64,000 nucleotides of DNA from positions 64,001-128,000 of the forward strand of contig CAWAWS010000026.1 in assembly GCA_963785725.1 (NCBI GenBank). The letters run 5' to 3'. The translations under genes and the position numbers were made by a program. Positions 59,855 through 64,000 of the stretch are shown here, in pieces (the first letter of the stretch is position 1; each line of letters starts with the position of its first letter). The stretch comes from an uncultured delta proteobacterium (GTDB taxonomy: Bacteria > Myxococcota_A > Polyangia > Palsa-1104). The notes below the pieces were generated by a model. It did no database searches, was not told the DNA's origin, and saw only the letters and a program-made list of their open reading frames with translations.

Positions 59855-60648
59855 CTAGATGCGAAACAGCGCGCGTGCATTGCTGCGTCGTCGCCGCGGC
59901 GAAGCTCTTCATAGTCGATGCCGCGCAAGCTCGCAACAACCTGCGCAGTATGCGTGACGTAAGCGGGTTCATTACGCTTTCCGCGCAGCGGCACCGGCGC
60001 CAAGAACGGGCAGTCGGTCTCGACGAGCAGGCGATCGAGCGGCACCCACGCCGCGGCCTCGCGGATGTTCACCGCGCTCTTGAACGTCACGACGCCCGAC
60101 AAGCTGATGTGGAAGCCGAGCTCGACGTAGCGCTTGGCGTCCGCGAGATCGCCGGTGAAGCAGTGGATGACGCCGCCGACCTCGCGCGCGCCGTCCGCCT
60201 CCAAGATGCGCACGGTGTCGTCGTGCGCGTCGCGAACATGCAGCGATAACGGCTTCTTGGCGCGCTTGGCGATGGCGATGAAGTCGCCGAGGCCGCGCTG
60301 CTGCTCGTCCTCTGTCGAGTGCATATAATGATAGTCGAGCCCGGTCTCGCCCACGGCCACGACGCGCGGATGCGACATCGCCAGCCGCTCGATCTCGCTC
60401 ATCGCGCCCGCGGGGATGCGGCCGGCGTCGTGCGGATGGATGCCGACGGCGGCCCAAATGTCGGCGTGCGCCTCGGCCATGGCGATCGCGGTGCGGACCT
60501 CGTCGAGGCCGGCGCCGGAGCCGACGCACACGAACGCTTCGACCCCGGCGGCGCGGGCGCGGGCGAGCACGTCGTCGCGCTCATCGCTGCCGTCGTCGCG
60601 GCGGAAGTCCTTGGCCTCCAAGTGGCAGTGCGAATCAATGAGCGGCAT
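59855..60648 (-). CDS. tatD: TatD family hydrolase (indels near the 3' end)
   Basis: IDSHCHL, GIHPH, VGETGLDY, LHVR, IHCF, ETDCPFL, NEP; removing two extra bases near 59885-59905 gives ELAAATTSNARALFRI-stop at 59855. Confidence 0.92.
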
Positions 60649-61504
60649 GCGCCAAATCCGATAGCACGCTTTGGGCGAGGCCACGCACGTCGTCGCGGCT
60701 GGCGCGCGCGGCGCGCCGCAAGTGGACGAGGCCGCGATCGTCGCCGGCGCGCGCCAAGGCCTCGGCCGCACGCACTTTGACGAGCGGATCGCCGAGCCAG
60801 CGCTCGACGGCGTGGCCGAGCGCCGCTGTCGCCGCCGCGTCGCCGCCGATGCCGAGCTTGGCCAGCGCCGTGGCCGCGTCGAGCGCGCGATTGCGATCGC
60901 CGAGCGCCCGCACCAGCGACGGCAGGCCGCGCCGATCGCCGAGCCGCGCCAACGCCAACGACGCTTCGTGCCGGACGTCGTCGTTGTCGTCGAGCAGGCG
61001 CGCCAAGCGATCGCCGTGCACGCGGTCGCCCGAGTCGCCCAGCGCCGCCGCCACCTGCGCGCGCACTTTGCCGTCGCGGTCGTCGGCGAGCGGCAGGATG
61101 ACGACGGCAGCGCGCGCGGCGTCGATCTCGGTCAGCGATGCGATCGCCTGAAAGCGCACCTCCGGCGCCGGCGACGACAACGCCGACGCCAGCGCCGACC
61201 AGGCGCGCTCGCCACCGCCGGGCCCGAGCTGCCCGAGCGCGATCGCCGAGGCTTCGCGGCACAAGGGCTCGTCGTCACCGAGGTGGGCGATGATGACGTC
61301 GGCGCCGCCGGCCGCGCCCAGCTCGCCGAGCGACAACAGGGCCGCGTAGCGCACCGACGGATGCGCATCGTCGGCCGCGCGCACGAGCGCCGTCAGCGCG
61401 ATGGGGATCTCGGCATCGGCGACGCGACCGAGCGCGTCGGCCGCCTGCGCGCGCACGCGCGGATCTTTATGCTCGAGATCGCGTAACGCGGCGTCGGTAT
61501 ACAT
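60635..61504 (-). CDS. HEAT repeat protein
   Basis: Repeated D..P.VR..AA.ALG units; the true start may lie slightly upstream. Confidence 0.85.
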   Translation of the reverse strand: MYTDAALRDLEHKDPRVRAQAADALGRVADAEIPIALTALVRAADDAHPSVRYAALLSLGELGAAGGADVIIAHLGDDEPLCREASAIALGQLGPGGGERAWSALASALSSPAPEVRFQAIASLTEIDAARAAVVILPLADDRDGKVRAQVAAALGDSGDRVHGDRLARLLDDNDDVRHEASLALARLGDRRGLPSLVRALGDRNRALDAATALAKLGIGGDAAATAALGHAVERWLGDPLVKVRAAEALARAGDDRGLVHLRRAARASRDDVRGLAQSVLSDLAHAAH

Positions 61505-61518
61505 CAGCGGCGACTTTC

Positions 61519-61572
61519 AATACTGAAGTACATGCTTCACTATCGCTCGGGAATACTGAAGTCGTTGCTTCA
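61519..61572. promoter_or_regulatory. Tandem palindromic 21-bp repeat (putative operator pair)
   Basis: AATACTGAAGTacaTGCTTCA (61519-39) and AATACTGAAGTcgtTGCTTCA (61552-72); 33-bp period, each containing TGAAG-N6-CTTCA. Confidence 0.6.
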
Positions 61573-62043
61573 GTGTGTGTTGGGGCTGCCGCCGCCGAGC
61601 GCCGCGCGGTCGAGCCGCTCGACGTCGTGCACGCGATCGGCCGGCACCGCCGCCAGCATGCGCGCGCACAGCTCGGCCTGCGCGCCGAAGCGGAAGCCGA
61701 AGCCGTTGCGCGGCGGCACGAAGAGGTTGCGGCCGACGTCGCCGCAATCGGCGTAGAACGCCTGCTCTTTGCGATCGATGCGCACCGATTGCACCTCGGA
61801 CCAGGCGACGCGCAGCTTCTCGCGGCCGCGCTGCTCGATGGCCCAGCCGGCGTCGTCGACGAGCAGCACCGGCCGTTGGCGGCGCTGCCACAGCCAAGCG
61901 ACGCAGGCGAGGATCGCGAACCAGCCGGCCAAGAGGCGCCCGGTCACCGCGTGCGCCGCGACGACGCCGCCGATGGCCATCACCACCGACAAGGGCAAGA
62001 GCCACGCGGCCGACGCCACGAGCGGATGGCGCGACGGCGCCAC
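61570..62043 (-). CDS. Hypothetical membrane protein (2 TM + PH-like domain)
   Basis: Two hydrophobic helices then LLVDDAGW...VAWSEVQSV; GTG directly follows the PilZ stop. Confidence 0.65.
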   Translation of the reverse strand: MAPSRHPLVASAAWLLPLSVVMAIGGVVAAHAVTGRLLAGWFAILACVAWLWQRRQRPVLLVDDAGWAIEQRGREKLRVAWSEVQSVRIDRKEQAFYADCGDVGRNLFVPPRNGFGFRFGAQAELCARMLAAVPADRVHDVERLDRAALGGGSPNTH

Positions 62044-62044
62044 G

Positions 62045-62509
62045 TCAGACCAAGAGCGCCACGCGGCGGGCGATCTCCAGGCGCGCTTCCATCGAGATCC
62101 ACTCGAAGATGAGGCCGAAGCCGGCGCCGAGCGTGACCGGCGCGCCCGACGCGCGCGTGACCGTGCACGCCGCCGTGCGCCGCCACAAGACCCAGCCGAC
62201 GATGTCGATGGGCTTGAACGACGGCACGTCGATCGTCATGGCCACGCGCGACAACAGCGGCAGCGGCTCACCCTCGACGAACGCGCCGTTGACCGACAAG
62301 TCGCGCAGCGTGCCGACGAAGCGCTTGCCGACCTCGGTCGGATCGGCGTGCACGCGCTCGTAGACCGCCGCCAGCGCCGGGTGCAGCTGCTGCTCGATGG
62401 CGCTCGTCTTCTCGCACTGCACTTCCCAGGCGACTTCGATGCGCGCGTCGCGACGCTTGAAGCGTTTGATGCTGCTGTTGCCGTCGCCGTTGGACTCGCC
62501 GTTGTTCAT
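62045..62509 (-). CDS. PilZ domain protein
   Basis: Last 154 aa of ORF 62045..63982 from ATG 62509: KRRDAR (RxxxR), DLSVNG (DxSxxG), GWVLW, GFGLIF. Confidence 0.85.
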   Translation of the reverse strand: MNNGESNGDGNSSIKRFKRRDARIEVAWEVQCEKTSAIEQQLHPALAAVYERVHADPTEVGKRFVGTLRDLSVNGAFVEGEPLPLLSRVAMTIDVPSFKPIDIVGWVLWRRTAACTVTRASGAPVTLGAGFGLIFEWISMEARLEIARRVALLV

Positions 62510-64000
62510 CAGCGCACCTTTGTCCCGGGTGGAACTTCGCGATCGAGGGCGGACAGTCCGAGGATCTTGTCGTCGCCGGCGGCCAGGATCATGCCCTGCG
62601 ACTCGACGCCGCGGATCGTGGCCGGCTGCAAATTGGCGACGAAGATGACGCTCTTGCCGACCAGCGTCTCGGGCGGATAGGCCTCGGCGATGCCGGCCAC
62701 CACCTGCCGCGACTCGCCGCCGACGTCGACGGTGAGCTTGAGCAGCTTCTTGGCCTTCGGGATCGCTTCGGCGGCCACGACCTTGGCGACGCGCAGGTCG
62801 ACTTGGCCGAACTGCTCGAAGGTGATGCGGCCGTCGCTGCCGGCCGCGATCGTCGTCGTCGCGCTCGGCGCGGCCGCGGCTTTGGGCGCAGCCGCCGCCG
62901 TCGCCGCGACGTGGCTCGCGCGCCAACGGTCGAGCAGCTCCTTCTTTTGATCGGGCTCGACGCGCGGAAAGAGCGGCGTGCCCACGAGCGGCGAGAACCC
63001 GCGCGCGCTCCACGTCGGCCAGGCCGTCTTCTCCTCGAGGCCGAGCTGCGCCCGCAACGCCAGCGCGCGCTCGGGTAAAAACGGCTCGAGCAGATGCGAC
63101 AGCACGCGCAGCAGCTCGAGCACGTTGCCGAGGATCTCGGCGCGCGGCGACGTCGGCTTCCACGGCGCCTGCTCGTCGATGTAGCCGTTGCCGCGGCGCA
63201 CGAGGATCCACAGCTCTTCGAGCGCGCGCGACGGCTGAAACGTCTTCATCAGCTCGCTGAAGTTGTTCTTGTGCTGCTCGAGGTCGAACGGATCGATCGC
63301 GGCCGATTGCGGCGGCAGGCCGTACTTGTGCACCATCCCGAGCGTGCGGTTGAGCAGGTTGCCGAAGTCGTTGGCGAGCTCGCTGTTGTAGCGCTGGATG
63401 AACGCCTCGTGGTTGAAGTCGCCGTCGACGCCGAGCGGCACCTCGCGCAAGAGGAAATAGCGCAGCGCGTCGACACCCAGGTCGTTGGCCAGCTTCAGCG
63501 GATCGACGACGTTGCCGAGCGTCTTCGACATCTTCTCGCCGTCGACGGTCCACCAGCCGTGCGCGAACACCGTCGTCGGCAGGCGCCAGCCGGCCGCCAA
63601 CAGGAACGCCGGCCAATAGACCGCATGGAAGCGCGAAATCTCTTTGCCGATGACGTGGACGATCTGCGACTGCTCCGGCGAATCCTTGTCGGGCCAGAAC
63701 TGCTTGGCGTGCGCGCTGCGCCGCGTGGCCGAGTAGTAGTTCGTCAGCGCGTCGAGCCAGACGTAGACGACGTGTTTCGTCGTAGCCGGGAACGGGGACG
63801 CCCCACGCGAAGGTCGTGCGCGAGATCGACAGGTCGCGCAGCCCTTCTTTGACGAACGCCGCGACTTCGTTGCGCCGATTGGCCGGCTGAATGAACTCGG
63901 GATGCCGCTCGTAGAGCTCGAGCAGCGGCTGCGTGAACTTCGACAGCGCGAAGTAGAACGACTTCTCTTTGACGAGCTCCACCGGCCGCTTGTGATCGGG
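62509..64000 (-). CDS. metG: Methionine-tRNA ligase with C-terminal tRNA-binding domain (5' truncated; frameshift near 63780)
   Basis: GLRDLSISR...[34 protein letters not shown]...[20 protein letters not shown]-terminal DLRVAKV...[17 protein letters not shown]. Confidence 0.96.
   Translation of the reverse strand, partial: PITSGRWSSSKRSRSTSRCRSSRSRCSSSTSGIPSSFSRPIGATKSRRSSKKGCATCRSRARPSRGASPFPATTKHVVYVWLDALTNYYSATRRSAHAKQFWPDKDSPEQSQIVHVIGKEISRFHAVYWPAFLLAAGWRLPTTVFAHGWWTVDGEKMSKTLGNVVDPLKLANDLGVDALRYFLLREVPLGVDGDFNHEAFIQRYNSELANDFGNLLNRTLGMVHKYGLPPQSAAIDPFDLEQHKNNFSELMKTFQPSRALEELWILVRRGNGYIDEQAPWKPTSPRAEILGNVLELLRVLSHLLEPFLPERALALRAQLGLEEKTAWPTWSARGFSPLVGTPLFPRVEPDQKKELLDRWRASHVAATAAAAPKAAAAPSATTTIAAGSDGRITFEQFGQVDLRVAKVVAAEAIPKAKKLLKLTVDVGGESRQVVAGIAEAYPPETLVGKSVIFVANLQPATIRGVESQGMILAAGDDKILGLSALDREVPPGTKVR

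Noticed and set aside
61519..61572. Tandem palindromes as a mini-CRISPR, dif site or LexA box
   Set aside because: Only two copies with a 12-bp gap; no XerD-type TTATGTTAAAT arm; the N6 spacing and CTTCA half-site do not fit the GTTC-based LexA boxes I know.
62045..63982. Apparent 645-aa MetG-PilZ fusion ORF
   Set aside because: Produced by the metG frameshift reading through a shadow frame; PilZ has its own ATG overlapping the metG stop.

Overview
A very GC-rich bacterial chromosomal segment whose gene content (AgmX/PglI-type domains, Cys-rich lipoproteins, a TSP3-OmpA protein, sigma54 promoters) points to Myxococcota, probably Polyangia; this is inference, not a computed assignment. About 60 tightly packed genes. 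I saw no rRNA, tRNA, CRISPR array, transposase or prophage. Left to right: (1) a TolC, two periplasmic adaptors and a C39-peptidase ABC exporter running off the left edge; (2) ArsR-SRPBCC and OhrR-Ohr-BCP stress operons with readable operators; (3) a benzoate-CoA-ligase-like gene and a membrane-anchored HHxxxDG acyltransferase; (4) envelope genes including a Cys-rich lipoprotein coupled to a TraB-like OmpA protein; (5) an orphan compact LanB-type dehydratase between a stomatin-like gene and an S9 peptidase; (6) a diguanylate cyclase, an SDR and a sigma54-driven 59-aa protein; (7) two MMPL transporters around GNAT, GT4, Wzx and Sua5; (8) housekeeping genes thiO, lysC, rlmE, a stand-alone rplC, tatD and metG. 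Single-base frameshifts hit essential genes (rplC, metG, tsaC), so most are probably long-read consensus errors. The best leads are the orphan LanB, the two-adaptor peptide exporter, the TM-fused condensation enzyme, apparent leaderless promoter architecture at about 14 genes, a 157-nt intergenic rod hairpin and a tandem palindromic operator. All family calls come from motifs recognised by eye, with no database searches.
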